Of a stretch of DNA of 64,000 nucleotides, positions 1 to 14,238 are shown piece after piece (position 1 is the first letter of the stretch; each line of letters starts with the position of its first letter). The DNA lies in assembly GCF_006345805.1 (NCBI RefSeq), contig NC_043005.1, forward strand, positions 17,670,001 through 17,734,000. Reading direction: 5' to 3'. Source of the DNA: Octopus sinensis. Its lineage: Eukaryota. A program made the position numbers and the translations under genes. The notes beneath the pieces are model-generated. The model was not told where the DNA came from, did no database searches, and was given only the letters and a program-made list of their open reading frames with translations.

Positions 1-299
1 GGTACAATGAAAGCAAAATGACATTGGTATAGTCCATACAAGGATGAATTAGAATGGAATGATAAATTAGAAAGGGGGAAAAAAAAACATGTTTAAAAAA
101 ATATATTCAGATACACGTTATATTGTACAGGAATTTCAGTGACATTACTGGTGGGTGTGAGATAATTAGCCACATTGAAGCACTGCCTTCATATGAATTT
201 ATTTTTTTATACATACACTAATCGAGGATTTATTGGAAAATACGTTCTGTGTATTTAAACTAAGTAGATGAGGAACTAATGTGTTAGAGAGGGAGAAAG

Positions 300-950
300 A
301 GAAACTCTCAAAGGACAAATTAAGATTAGAAATACTCACTAAACATGTGAAAATGGGGAGTATGAAGGTCATGGCCGGAATGTCTTTCATCAGAGGCTTA
401 CATGACAAGGGTTGGATTTTTAAAATGGGAGTGGAAAATATGTTCCAAATCCTAAATCTGCAGTGGTTGCCAAGAGGAGCAGCTTACCATCTCAGTTACA
501 GGAATAAGTTCAAAATTTGTCTTAGTTCCAAAAGGAGACCCAATAACCAACCTTTTAAAAATGTCTCAGAGAGGTTACTAAAGCTAACATTACATCAATA
601 TGGTTTTTGTAGATGAAATATATATGGATAGAGTTAAAGAGGGCATCATTCCTGAGAAGGAATAGCCAGATACAGAATGGGCGACTGGGTGCTTAAAAGA
701 GGGAGCACAAATATTGATTAGTTGAAGGAGGATATGAGAGCATGATGTAAACTGTTCTGACAACTGGTTCATTTATACTGATGTGTCACATTCAGACAAT
801 GGAACAGGATGTTGGGCAACCTGGACCTTCCAAAATACAAATATGAAATTCAGACTGCATTATAATTTTTGTACTATTTCATGCAGAGTAGTGAGGAATG
901 ATATCTAGATTTTGAGTAAGTGATATATGAAAAAAAGGATTTTCTATTTA
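300..950 (+). mobile_element. Possible highly decayed LINE fragment with RNase H-like remnant
   Basis: 765-815 translates WFIYTDVSHSDNGTGCW, resembling the IYTDGS...G.G start of LINE RNase H domains. Surrounding frames are broken and the boundaries are approximate. Confidence 0.3.
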
Positions 951-1596
951 CCAATAGTTTATGAAATCTGAAGCTGAATCAATAAAATTTAGAATATTCT
1001 TCTAAAAATAGACATTTAGCGAAAAATAATAAACAAGTAACAAAGATTTGGACACCCGGTGGCACAAGTATTAAGGGAAGCAAGAAAGAATTAAAAACAA
1101 GAGGAATAAAAAAGAGAAAAAGAAATAGATAAAGGCTGTATTCCAAATCTATCCCAATTCAAATCATTCAACAAAAACATAATTAGTCAAAGATGGAAAA
1201 AATATTGAGAAGAATCAAGATATAAACTATTAAACATTAATCCTCCATTATCTTAGATTTATCAATGTATAAAACATTATCAGATGCTGACTGAGTAAGG
1301 TTAAAGACTTTGCTGGCATTGAATGGGCCATATTCCTTTTAACTACATTCTACAAGTCATTTGGAATGCTCCGTAAGATCTTGGAGACTTTTCACAAATC
1401 TTATGGCATTGAAAAGACTACAAAGGTGACATATCACCAACCACAAAAAGGATTTACCAACCATAAGTAGGTTCTTCCAATTCATGGAAGCTACAAAAAA
1501 ATTAAACAAAAACATCTCTTCTTTATTTGTACTTTCTCCTTTTACAGTTATTTTTTAATATATACAAGGGACAATGTACTATACTATAAGTACAGT

Positions 1597-1945
1597 ATGG
1601 CTGAATGGTTTAAGAAGTTCACTTTGCATGCATCAACAAGGTTCATGGTCCAATCTCACCATGTGGCATCTAAGGCAAGCGTCCTTTTCTATAACCTTGG
1701 GTTGACAGGTACATGTGAGTAAAACTGGGCAGCCATAAACTGTAGAAAAATTTGTAGAATGGATTGTAACTAATTTAAAGACACAACACTGACACAAACT
1801 GTACCACACTGATTCTGCTTAAGAACAAAATTAAGGGTGCATATGTCTGTTGAATGCTTGTCCAATTTATATGCTAATTAAATGAGTGGATAATTCAACT
1901 GTTCAAACTGAATCCTTGTCCTCAACTGACAGAGATCCATCATCA
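1597..1945 (+). mobile_element. Old decayed tRNA-derived SINE
   Basis: The head TGGCTGAATGGTTTAAGAAG...GGCAAG is similar to family B heads. The 3' part (TTAAGGGTGCATATGTCTG...) is similar to the family A 3' end. CpGs are lost. Confidence 0.55.
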
Positions 1946-2604
1946 ATCAATATTTACCTTTCTCAGTCTTGTCGTGGTTTACCAGCTTTATACAAAGCTT
2001 AAATTGATTAAATAAATAGGTGAAGGAGTAAGTAGGTGTTCAGAGAAGCAGAGATAAATCTAATGCTTGATTTTTTACTCCCAGATGGGTAACTAACAAG
2101 GTCACAAGACTTGGTAAGTATATTTTCTTCTGAGTAACAAGCATTTTATCATGTCTTAGGCCAAAGGTAAACTTTCATATCAGCATGTCAATGTTTCTAT
2201 AAAGAAAATAATTTCAGGCAACAGTAACTTATCACTATCATTGTGATCACTATTTATCATTTGATGGGTCTTGTACAGTAACATACTCCCCTCCCCCACC
2301 AAAACTAATATATCAACACCCTGCCCACTCTTATTTCATCCATAAAAGCTAACATTTTAAGAGCTGATCTCATTACCTTACACCTACCTGTCAATCGTTA
2401 TTAATACTTTCGAGCCTTCTTCTCACACAGTTATCATCCCTAAATCTCACCTGACCACCATACGAAAGCAATGACCAGAGTCACAAAACAAACTAACAGC
2501 TATTTGATATTTACCACCACAAACCACTACATCAACAACTAAAGATTTACAAGTACTCTACTTTTACTGTTTATATTTCACAACAGAATTATCAACACAA
2601 AACA

Positions 2605-2770
2605 CAAGCTAACTAAAGAGCCTCTGTGAGATCTCTCAACCTGCTAAAAATATCACTCAAAAAATCCCTTGAATCACACTCTACCATATAAAAACATTGG
2701 ATAAAGTAGTCTGGGTAAACAAGGTCTTTGATCACAGATCTTCACTTAAGAGCTTAGAGCTAAAGAACAA
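2605..2770 (+). repeat. Abundant unclassified interspersed repeat (family E, core GACCTGCTAGAAATAGCAGCCAAATCTCCCTCAAATCACAC)
   Basis: Diverged copies recur at about 5420-5500(-), 10430-10510, 11500-11695, 17155-17340, 21390-21520(-), 22190-22370, 27435-27615(-), 44430-44640, 53060-53120, 59830-59910 and 63270-63415. Confidence 0.6.
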
Positions 2771-3319
2771 AAATATACACGGTCATCTAAAAAATCTGTG
2801 CATCGATTTAAAAGCAGAAAATCTATTTTACTTCATTTCTTAAACCCTCTTCATCTATTAACACTAAGTCTACTCAATCAACCAGTATTTATTTACCCAA
2901 TGTAAGTATGACAGAGTGATTTGACAGTTTTCCTAATTGAACAGATCAACACTGACTTCTGCACTGCAGAACAACAAAACAAGTATTATAAGTTTTGAGA
3001 ACCAGCTGATTATAGCAGTAAGCTGCACCTCCCCTTTGAATCTGTTTAGCAACACGAGTCCAAACATATTGGCCATATGGATACAGCATAGATAAATGTT
3101 GCCCACTGACAAATATTGTCAGTGTGTGTGGGGGAGGAGCATGAGTTCTGATGTTTCAACCAGAGGCCCTTCTTAGAAGTAAAAGAATTTTTTCTTCCGT
3201 CTCATGAAATGCAAACATAATTTCACAAACCTGAATTTTTTTTTTTTTGTTAACACAGAGCATCACTTGTTTGGCCAGCTTACATACACTTTGATAATTC
3301 CTTCTGTTATTGACACAAG

Positions 3320-3515
3320 ACCAGTAATTCTAGGGGTAGTGGAGAAGTCAGTAACATCAACCCTAGTACTAAACTGGTACTTATTTTATCAATCCCCAAA
3401 CGATGAAAGGCAAAGCTGACCTTAGCAGCATTTAAACCCAGAATGTAAATAAAGAGCAAAAAGAAATGCTGCTAAGCCTTTGCCTGAGTAACAATTCTAC
3501 CAGCTCACTACCTTC
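3320..3515 (-). mobile_element. Decayed SINE, family C
   Basis: The reverse complement matches the family C copies at 20478 and 47800 (GAGCTGGTAGAATTGTTA...CTTTGCCTTTCATC...AAGTACCAG). Confidence 0.6.
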
Positions 3516-3607
3516 ACTTTAACAAATAACCCCTAAATTAAAGGCACCAAAACAAAGAATTTAGGAGTAGACTCTTTTCACAAAAGAGTAATCAAATCAA
3601 CATTTAA

Positions 3608-3792
3608 CCCTTTTGTTACTAACCTGGGTGAAATCGGCTCTCTAGTACAAATGTCTTGTTTTCATAAGTTTTGAATTAAAATTCCTAACATTAGATTAAT
3701 GATAACTAAGTTATTTTACTAAATTCTTTGTTATATTTAAAATAATTGAGAGAAAAAAAGAGAATCTCAAAATAAATACAGTAATGAAAGGG
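3608..3792. mobile_element. piggyBac-like MITE
   Basis: TTAA at 3604-3607 and 3793-3796 flanks inverted termini CCCTTTTGTTACT / AGTAATGAAAGGG. A related decayed copy lies at about 60683-60870. Confidence 0.75.
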
Positions 3793-4039
3793 TTAAACAA
3801 GTTGGATAATCATTTTGTCAATACATTAGGTGTTAAGAGAATTTAAACATAAGCTTAATACAATTTTAACCAAGTTATTGCAGAAAACCATATTAAACAC
3901 CTTAACAGTTTAAAAAGAAATTGTTTATATTCCAGTCTCATATATACACCCAAGTTCAAAGTAACTAAAGCCAGCTTCAGCAACCTCAATTGCAGAAGGA
4001 AATAGGTGCTGGAATGGAAAAGACAGTCATGTATTCTAG

Positions 4040-4330
4040 GAGACGTTTCTGAGACAGGGAAAGTGAGATGGACAAAGAAAGAGAGAGAGGGTGGACAAGG
4101 AAAGAGAAAGAGGGTGGACAAGGAAAGGAGGGAGAGTGTGGAAAGAAATAGGGGAAGAATAGGGGAGAGAGCAGGGGAAGAGAGAGAGAGGAGGAAAGAG
4201 AGAGGGGAGGAAAGAGAGAAGGGGAAGAGAGAGAGAGGGGGGGAGAGAGAGAAACGGGGGAAAGAGAGAAAGACAGGAAAAGAGACACAAAGATAGAGAC
4301 GGAGAGTAATGTAAACAAAGAGAGAGAATG
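4040..4330. repeat. GA-rich low-complexity tract
   Basis: Purine-rich degenerate (GA)n. It is the source of the spurious ORFs at 3855-4592. Confidence 0.85.
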
Positions 4331-4649
4331 GGTGAGCAATAAAAATTAGATAATAAATATATAGTCCACAGCTGCTGCAATGAGCAGTTTGCAATGATAA
4401 AGCTTTCACACAATGAAAGTTGAGGCGACAGTTCAATAGGAGCTCGTTTAAAATATACTTTAGCCTCATACAAATCAATGAACAAGATAGAAGGTGAGAA
4501 TTTCCAAGATCTGAAGACCAGAGCTGTTTAATAACTAATATTTCATTAAGTACAACCACTTTACTACCTACGTCTCTGAATATCCTATACAATAAGGTAA
4601 TGGATTACACCAGAGAAATACAGATTCAACAAGGTCACCTCACTTTGTA

Positions 4650-5375
4650 GGTTTTCATTTATACTACATTTCAATTCATAAAATTTCTTCAATCATCTTC
4701 AGCTGCCATGTTCTACATCAAACTGACTAAACGGGACCACTTTAAAAGCAATCGTCTGAAAAAAATTGTCACACACTGCATTGTTGACCTGACCTTTGGA
4801 ACCAACAAAATCTCCCAGCAAATCACAATTTTTTTTTTTTAATTCCATCATTTTCCCATATTACAAACACACACCCTAATACCATACAGAGATATATCCA
4901 TATAATTACTACATTCACTCTTTCTATGTCTAACACCATGGATATTATGAATGTTAAAGAGTGAACGCACTTAGAATCAAGAGCTCATGCAAAATGAGTT
5001 TTAATAATCACCAACATTGCCAATAATGTAATAACCGATTAGCTCAACAGTTAAGTAACAGGTTTCCAACAAACAGAGCTTCATCATATTGAGTCTCACT
5101 TTCTTTAGATATGCCTAACACTTGTCTAAGAATGGCAAGAACAGGCTAGCAAACACTTCCAATACTGTAAACAACAACAGACTAATTTTCCAAATGTTGT
5201 TTGGAATGGCAACATTAACTTTGAGTAATACATCAAAAAAAGAAAACCTATTTAGTTGACAGCTGTAGTAACTGTCACAGATGGTGCCTCAAACTCTGTA
5301 GCTACAGAAAGAGAACATTCTACCTCAGATCAGTCAACTCAAGATCTCAAGACTGCAGGTGTGGACATCCAATCT
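4650..5375 (+). mobile_element. Possible decayed hAT-type transposase remnant
   Basis: About 5271-5295 translates TVTDGASN, like the hAT T(T)DGA catalytic-Asp motif, and the 3' end loosely resembles a hAT terminus. Frames are disrupted. Confidence 0.3.
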
Positions 5376-5970
5376 TTTCAAATAGTTTATCTTACACTGT
5401 TATACAAGAAATCCTTCTAAACAGAAGAGTGTGATCTGAAAGTGATGTAGCTATTTCTAGCATGTTGAACAATCATGTAGTGGCTTCCTCAATGGCTTGT
5501 ATTGCAAAACATTTCCAGCTACAGTAATTACATAATTATCTAGAGACGATCCTTAATGATTTAACAGTACCATCAAGGGTCACCGTTAGTAATTTATGGT
5601 TCTTACACTCCTTTCTTGTATATTTCTAAGAATGAATTTGATCAGAAATTCTGTTGAAATAAATGAAGTTTGGTAGTCAAGAGCAATTTTGATTTTGAAA
5701 AAAGAAAAGGAAAAGAATAAAAAAAAAAGCCAATATTTTATCCCTTTGTAAAGATAGTAGTATAATTGAATAATTTGATAAATTCCAAGTATTTATTTTG
5801 ATTGATTTAAATAGGATTTGAGGATGTGAAGTAATGAAACCCAATAAATATTCTAAGAAAGCAAGGCTGTTGCTCTACCATTTCAGCCAACAGGTCTATC
5901 TACTCTACTAACTATGAGAAAGACTAAGCTTGATTTGCAATACACAAAAGCCAAATCACCTTCAAATAAC

Positions 5971-6179
5971 ACTTTTTACTCTTTTACTTGTTTCAGTCAT
6001 TTGACTGCAGACACGCTGGAGCACCACCTCCAGTCAAGCAAATCGACCCTAGGACTTGTTCTTTGTAAGCCTAGTATTTATTCTATCGGTCCCTTTTGCC
6101 GAACTGCTTAGTTACAGAGATGTAAACACACCAGCATAGGTTGTCAAGCGATGTTGGGGGGAAAAACACGGACATACAA

Positions 6180-6211
<32 letters not shown>

Positions 6212-6373
6212 GACGGGCTACTTTCAGTTTCCGTCTACCAAATCCACTCACAAGACTTTGGTCGGCCCAAGGCTATAGTAGAAGACACTCGCCCAAGATG
6301 CCACACAGTGGGACTGAACCCAGAACCATGTGGTTGGTAAGCAAGCTACTTACCACACAGCCACTCCTATGCC
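5971..6373 (-). mobile_element. tRNA-derived SINE, family B
   Basis: The minus-strand head GGCATAGGAGTGGCTGTGTGGTAAG...GGGTTCAGTCCC has A/B-box-like motifs. There is an internal (TA)n and an (AAGAGT)-like tail. Near-identical to 20018-20426. Confidence 0.9.
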
Positions 6374-7894
6374 TACTACTAACAAAAACAAAAACAAAAT
6401 GGATACAATGTAATGTAGCCTTGGATATATATTATCTGAATAAAAGAAAAGTTGATGGGAGTTGGAATATGCTTGATCATTGGTCTGCTGGATTAGAAAT
6501 GACCATTATGGCTAAACAACAACCAGCCACAAGCCAGAATTTTTATAAAAAGAAACAAATACCAAAAAAAATGCACATTAGTGTATAACACTATAACCAG
6601 AGTATAAAATTTTATGAACCCAACTCAATTGCACAAGTGGAGGCTTCTATGAATTAAGTAAATAAAGAAGTGAGGATAACTTAAAAAAAACTTTGGAGTG
6701 AAGATGAACTGAAAGCACAAATTCGGAGAAGCCTTACTAAAGACAAACTAGGAAGTATTTATTCTACAACTACTATAATACGGCTTCCTTAATGAGTAAT
6801 TTATTTTCTAGTGGTCCTAGATGATATCACTACAGTAAAACACTTAGGAATGGAACCAATTCTAAGCAGTTCTTTTTATGGAAGATTAAGGACAGACTTA
6901 AAATTTAAAACATGTATAAATGTTATAATTCTTAAGACTAATCTTAAATAATTCAGTGTGTATTCAAGCAATTAAAAAAAAAAATTTTTTTCAAGACATA
7001 GCTAAAAATTTGTTTCATTTTCTTAATTCTTTTTCAAATAGTTATTAAATAGCTTTCAATTTTGTTAATTTCATAACACAAATAGCGGAAATGCATCATT
7101 TTCCCCTGCATAAGTGGGCTATTGTGGTTCATTGCTTTATCAACTAATATCACTGCTGCATCTAACAGGGATAAAAATACACCTGTGTGATGAAAAATGC
7201 ATTTTCTTAGATGTAAATAACAAAAAAAAAAAATCCCAAAAAATCAATTTTTAAGAATTATCTGTATGTGTGGGTGTACGCACAAATACAAATATAAACG
7301 TAATTTGCTAAAATTAATACACACACACATTTCAGTTTACAAAGTGGGGAAAAGTACTCAATACTTGTAGCAGAGCATGTTCATTTGGGGTCAGTGGGGA
7401 CAGACGACCTTGATGACAGCTCACCAGCAATCGGATTTGATATGTGTGGATTGTTCAGGTCACAACAAATAAACCAACAACGCATGAATAAGATAGTTTA
7501 ATTGTCGGATTGATTTTATTTCCGAAGCTGGATATTGTCTACCTTCATGGTTAGGCTTGGATTCTTTTTTTTTTTTTTTTTTTTGCTTTTTCTTTTTGTC
7601 AGTCATACAAACTGAAGCAAAAAGGGGCACAGCATAATGATATAAGCAAGATTTGAACCAACAGCCATGTAGCAAATAGTCCAGCACATCCTCTGGTTTT
7701 ATTTAATTCAATTTTTATACATTGAGTTGTGCAAAGACTAGCCAGGTTACCTAAAAATAATGGAGGTTACTATAAAAGTTTTACCAAAATAAGCAAGCAA
7801 AGTGATAAATACATTTAAAAATAAAAATACGATTTAAAAAGATAAAAAAACTAAATTTCTATTGTATTTTTCTTCTTGAAACAAATGCTTGAAC

Positions 7895-8028
<134 letters not shown>

Positions 8029-8605
8029 GATTTATGTGAAAACAGTAATCACTTCTAGAACAATCTGGCTAACAACGCTTAGTTGTTGAATGTTCGTCAG
8101 TAGATATTTTTCACTCGCCAAATAGATAATTCAGTCATTATTAAATATCGCCAGTAGTAACTGCTGCCACAACCAGTATGTTTGCATCTTACTCCCACAC
8201 AAATAAAGAAGCAGTACTGAACGGATAGCACAAGAAGAGCGAGCATTGCTGTAACAACCGAGTAGTTATTGCTAATTAGATGCCATTAAAAAAGGCATGA
8301 GAAAAAGAGGGGCTGCTCTAACTAGAGTTGGAACAGTAGAGTATGAGGATGGTTCAATTTTGTACAGTATTTACTCATCCCTCTTCATTCCAAGCTCAAA
8401 TCGTGTGTGTACCAACGACATGCTAGTGTCCACTTGATCAACCAGACATGTCTTTGCTTCAAAACTGACCTAATGCCTTAGGAAATGTATTCAACAGGCT
8501 GAGGACCTTTACAAGTAATTATTCATTAGGTAAGTCAGTGTTAACATTGTTAACAAGAGAGTTAAACAGCTAATTAGAAATTAATGTGTAGTATAAGTGT
8601 AGTAT

Positions 8606-8816
8606 GAAAAAGAGGTAATTTCTACTCTTCTCCTCTGGAAGCCATCTACTCGCAATACCAGAGGGCGCACACTCTCCTACCCTGATGTAGTCTCCAGGGA
8701 TACAGGCATCCAGCAACAGGACCTCCGTAATGCCATGATGGACCGTGAAGTCTGGTGTAGCATGGTAAATTCCATTGTCTCGACCACGGTCGAACAATGA
8801 TGAATGATGATGATGA
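8606..8816 (+). mobile_element. 5'-truncated RTE-type LINE 3' end
   Basis: The open frame 8606-8800 reads EKEVISTLLLWKPSTRNTRGRTLSYPDVVSRDTGIQQQDLRNAMMDREVWCSMVNSIVSTTVEQ*. This matches the typical RTE/RTE-X ORF2 C-terminus (LLW.P..GR...Y.D...DTG...L..AM.DR..W) and is followed by a (TGA)n tail. Confidence 0.8.
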
Positions 8817-9713
8817 GTGGAGGGGGAGGGACTGGAAGATAGGGAGGGAATTGGGGGAAGAAGGGAAGGAGAGAGAGAGAGGGGGAGATAAATAGGTTAA
8901 CACCAACCACATGCAAAGAAGGCCAAAAATCTAGCTAGAAATAAATATATGGTGAAGAAAAAGATATTTGTGCATAACTAGTTTTTATTTTACCAGATAA
9001 AAAAGAGATATATCTACATATGCTTCAGTCTTATTCTGGCTTCATCTGTAAACCCTGACCATCACTGTATTTGCTAAAGCAGTGAGTAGAATCGGTATGA
9101 AGAAACTATTTAATTCAGAGATACCATTCTCATGAAATATAGGATGTTTAATGCTCTCAACTATCCCACAAAAGACATATATGGGTAAGGATTTTTATTA
9201 TTCTAAGAGCTCAGTATCCACCCAGCTATACCTGTTGACTTGGCTTTATTATATGTAGTAATATCTACAAACACTTTCTTCCTAGATTCAGGTAGGAAAA
9301 AAAAAGGGGGGGGTCAGATGATGTAAACATCTCATGTTAGTCTAATTTTATCATTCTTGAAAAAATAAGACATTAGAATGACGGATGATATGAGGAGACG
9401 AATTTCATCTTAAAACATTTTTTACTACATCTCTATCTTATAACCATGTGGGTATTCTAGGTTTCTTTCCCATGTACAGTCTTATTCCCAGGAGGGTGTA
9501 TATTTAGGCAGTCTCTTTCTCTCAAAGCTGTATGAATACTTGACACGTCCACTCAGTTGGGCAGTTGGTGTTAGAAAGGGCAGAAGTTTGGTGCAAGCTC
9601 CTGCCTAGCCAGCTCTTGTCAAGCTGTCCGACCCAGGTGGACATTAAACAATGATAATAATATTGGCCAATATAGTAGTGACTGCTTGTTAATTTACAAT
9701 TAAGTTATCTTAC

Positions 9714-9991
9714 CAAGGGCTGTGGAGTCGGAGTCATTGTCAGAAACAATTAAGGATTACCTGGAGTGAGAGTTGGTAAAACTATACCAACTGATTCTGA
9801 CTCACAAGATCTCTATTCTTTAAATTAAACCAGTTATAACATATAGGCCTACTCAGAGTACAAGCATATGCATAGGCTTTATGAGATATGTAGACCATAA
9901 TCACTTAATTACATAAAGAGGAGTCAGAGTCGGAGGTCACTTTAGTACAGGAGTCAGAGTCAAAGTTTTTTGCTTCAACTCCACAGCCTTG
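9714..9991. mobile_element. MITE with GGAGTC subterminal repeats
   Basis: The termini CAAGGGCTGTGGAGTCGGAG and TCAACTCCACAGCCTTG are inverted. Flanks TTATCTTAC (9705-9713) and CAATCTTAC (9992-10000) form a TSD-like 8-9 bp repeat. Confidence 0.75.
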
Positions 9992-10527
9992 CAATCTTAC
10001 ATTAGGTACTTGACACTGGTTAGTTGACCAGACAGTTCAACATCAGACTGGGACAATGTAACATTGAAATAAACTGGTATTACTGATATTAAAAAGAAAG
10101 TTGTATTTAAAGAGGTTTTATCAATGCCTACCGAGTAAAGATGAGACCAAAGCCAAAAACCTTAGGGTTTCAGAACTGTTAGCCTTTAGCAAAACTAAGG
10201 TAGAGTGGCACTTGTCTGAAGACTGAGACAACTACTCAGAGACCAACTTTCATCAGGCTTAGAACTTCATTACTATGTAATGAAATTTTAAATCTGATGT
10301 GAAAGAGAGGAATGTGTCCAAAATGGGCACAAGAATGATACTAATGATGAAAAGCACTTGCTTGAGAGCTGAAAACACTACAACATCACCATTAAAACCA
10401 TACAATCTTAAAATCCAAGAAGTGTATTGTAATGTGGTTGCTTGACTTGTTAGTAAACAGCTACCAAAACAATCCTCAAATTACATATGCTATTGTCTTA
10501 AAAAAAGAGGAACATTTTGGTATATTA

Positions 10528-10830
10528 GGCACAGGCATGACTGTGTGGTGTAAGAAGCTTGCTTCCCAACCACATGGCTCTGGGTTCAGTCCCATTGCAT
10601 GGCACCTTGAGCAAGTGTATTTGTGTCTGTTTGTCCCCCACCAGCGCTTGACAACTGGTGTTGGTATGTTTACATTCCTGTAACTTAATGGTTCTACAAG
10701 AGACCAATACAATAAGCACCAGGTTTAAAATAAATCGTGCTTGAGTCAATTCATTCAACTAAAAATTTCTTAAGGACAGAACCCCAGCATGGCCACAGTC
10801 TAATGACAAACAAAAGAGATAAAAGATATG
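10528..10830 (+). mobile_element. SINE family B, internally deleted
   Basis: Head GGCACAGGCATGACTGTGTGGTGTAAG...GGGTTCAGTCCC. It lacks the central segment present in the 20018-20426 copy. Confidence 0.75.
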
Positions 10831-12744
10831 TTATAAAAAATGGGATATCCAAGGTCTACTCAGTCACGGCTGACAAGAGTTCAATCTTCCAAAATTATAA
10901 AATAAAACATAAGTGGATAATGCAGCCTTAAACACCATATGTTGCAAAATAAGATGGAGGACTGGATGCCTTTGACCATCGATCTGATTATCAAGGATGA
11001 CGAGGGCTAAATAAACAAGTGAACACCTATACAATTTACAAACACATTCGTTAAGGACCATGACTACCCAACCTGCCTCAAATGACACCCTACATCTTCA
11101 GTAAATAAACATGTTGGACATATTTAGTACTGGATATACAAAACATAAAACAGATTGGACAGTGATGGTCTGATTGCAGGTATACCAATTCAGGGCTCAC
11201 CTAAGGATAAACAATAAAAGCAATGTTAAGGTCCATAATGACCCATACATACATACATTTAAAAAATATATTTCTATGACAAAAATGTTGCAACCCATCT
11301 TGAGAGAGAGAGAAGGGGGGGGGAATTAAATGTGGCTGACTTTTCATTGTATGAAAACAATGTAAATGAAGGAATGCCAACAATTCAACAGCAACCATCC
11401 AACATTTGGGAGAAAACAATTGTCAAGTTTGGAAGGTTACACATCTGGAAATTGAAATGTCAAATTGTGGTGACTCAAGTATATTTTAAGGGGACATTTG
11501 AGCCAATCAGGAAGCTAGAAAAAGCAGCCAAATCTCACTCAAACCACACCCTACTCTCTTGAAAATATGGAAAAGACATAAAAGATAATGTATAGTATGC
11601 TTGAAAAAAAAAATAAAACAGATGGGGTGGTCACATCTGGAATGCGTTTTGATCACAGGTCTGGTTGATGAGAGATTATTTAGGGCTAAACAAAATATAC
11701 TTCCAGATTAAGAACAAGGCCAAATTTTTTTTAAGGAGAATGGGATTATGTGAATCAAGCATTTCTCAAGAGCATTAAAGCACAAGAGAAGTGGATTTGG
11801 TTTGAGAAATGAGAAACTGAAAGTATGTCACAGACTCGTCTACAAACTATTGCTAGTGACATAGTTTACATATTTTCAACATTAGGGAATCATTTTTAAA
11901 ACAATTATGATAAAAAATTATTAAAGTCATTAATATTTGACTAAGAAGTATTGTCCAGCTTCACCACTAAAGTCAATAAGCCAGGAAATGATTGTTCAGC
12001 AGTATTTTTTGGGGGAATTTTAACATTTTGATTTTATAGATTAAAAGTGCTAAGCAAACAAAGAACTGGGTCACCTCACTCCCACTGCTGGGTCATTTGC
12101 ACCCTAACTTCACAACTACAAATAGAATTAAGCCTCCAACTATTTAGTCACTAGTTAGTCATTAGACTAGAACAAATAAACCCACTCAAGAATTAAGATT
12201 TTCAACGAAATAGTGAGTGAGAAAAGAGCCTCGAGTAAGCTACAGAAAATATTTCTCTGCTCTAGCAGTAGATGATGATAAAGAAAAAGATAACCCACAT
12301 ATCTAAGCTGAAAACATCTCAATAAATGGTGACTGCAATTTGTCCAAACAGCAGTCAATTTACTTTCATGGAACACTGAAAAATTTCAACAATCAGGAAT
12401 GTCAGACAATTAGTTAATAGTAGTGAACACTAGTAGATTGAACAGCTGGCTACTAAACAAAATCATTAAAAATATTGGTATCTAGATTAGTGAAACACAG
12501 CCATAGATAGCTACTTTGTGAGTTAAGTATCTGTTGTGAAATCTTTGGGGGATTTAGTAAAAATTTGGAATATTTTGATACAATCATATGATCGGTGTTT
12601 GGAACATAACTTCGCAAAACCTGAAATACACAAGAAAAATGAGGATTCTCATTGTTCATTTGTTTTCATATCAAAACAAGCAATTATTATGGTGTAAATT
12701 CTAGGAAATTATACAAAATTGACAAGTAAACTGAAAAAGATAAG

Positions 12745-12813
12745 TGTGTGTGTGTATTATATGTGTGTGTGTGTACGTATATATATATACATATATGTGT
12801 GTGTGTGTATATA

Positions 12814-12899
<86 letters not shown>

Positions 12900-12958
12900 A
12901 TATATATATATATATGTGTGGTGTGTATATATATATATATGTGTGTGTGTATATATAT

Positions 12959-12989
<31 letters not shown>

Positions 12990-13027
12990 ATATATAATAT
13001 ATATATGTGTGTATATATATATATATA

Positions 13028-13073
<46 letters not shown>

Positions 13074-13432
13074 ATGTGTGTGTGTGTATATATATATTAT
13101 ATATATGTGTGTGTGTGTGTGTTATATATATATATTATATATATATATATATATAATATATATATATATATATTGCTTAGTCAGGAGAAGGAAATAGCTG
13201 ATAACCCACTTCAGATTAGAACAAAGAAGACAGGAAGATGTCCTGAAACTGTTCCTAGATTAGAACAAAGGAAAGAGGAAGAATGACCTGAAACTGAAGA
13301 TCTGGTTTGAACAGGTGCACCAGAGAGGACTCTACTAAAGACACTCAAGAGCCACATGGGGGTGTTAAACTGGGTGATGGCTTACTACTACAGGGTATGT
13401 ATTTATATATATATATATTATATGTGTGTGTG

Positions 13433-13483
<51 letters not shown>

Positions 13484-13547
13484 CTATATATATATATATA
13501 TGTGTGTGTGTGTATATATAATATATATATGTGTGTGTGTGTGTGTG

Positions 13548-13599
<52 letters not shown>

Positions 13600-13853
13600 T
13601 TAGTCAGGAGAAGGAAATAGCTGATAACCCACTTCAGATTAGAACAAAGAAGACAGGAAGATGTCCTGAAACTGTTCCTAGATTAGAACAAAGGAAAGAG
13701 GAAGAATGACCTGAAACTGAAGATCTGGTTTGAACAGGTGCACCAGAGAGGACTCTACTAAAGACACTCAAGAGCCACATGGGGGTGTTAAACTGGGTGA
13801 TGGCTTACTACTACAGGGTATGTATTTATATATATATATATTGTGTGTGTGTG

Positions 13854-13904
<51 letters not shown>

Positions 13905-13967
13905 CTATATATATATATATATGTGTGTGTGTGTATATATAATATATATATGTGTTGTGTGTGTGTG

Positions 13968-14019
<52 letters not shown>

Positions 14020-14238
14020 TTAGTCAGGAGAAGGAAATAGCTGATAACCCACTTCAGATTAGAACAAAGAAGACAGGAAGATGTCCTGAAACTGTTCCTA
14101 GATTAGAACAAAGGAAAGAGGAAGAATGACCTGAAACTGAAGATCTGGTTTGAACAGGTGCACCAGAGAGGACTCTACTAAAGACACTCAAGAGCCACAT
14201 GGGGGTGTTAAACTGGGTGATGGCTTACTACTACAGGG

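Noticed and set aside
2085-2113. Plus-strand 29-nt micro-exon (TTTTTTACTCCCAG|...TTG|GTAAGT)
   Set aside because: The splice-like flanks are good, but there is no recognisable peptide, no partner exons and it is opposite to the inferred host strand. Such matches arise by chance in 64 kb.
3855-4592. 245-aa ORF and overlapping ORFs
   Set aside because: The frames stay open because of a GA/CT low-complexity tract. No domain features.
8570-8797. Minus-strand 75-aa ORF as a host exon
   Set aside because: It is the antisense of an RTE LINE 3' end on the plus strand.
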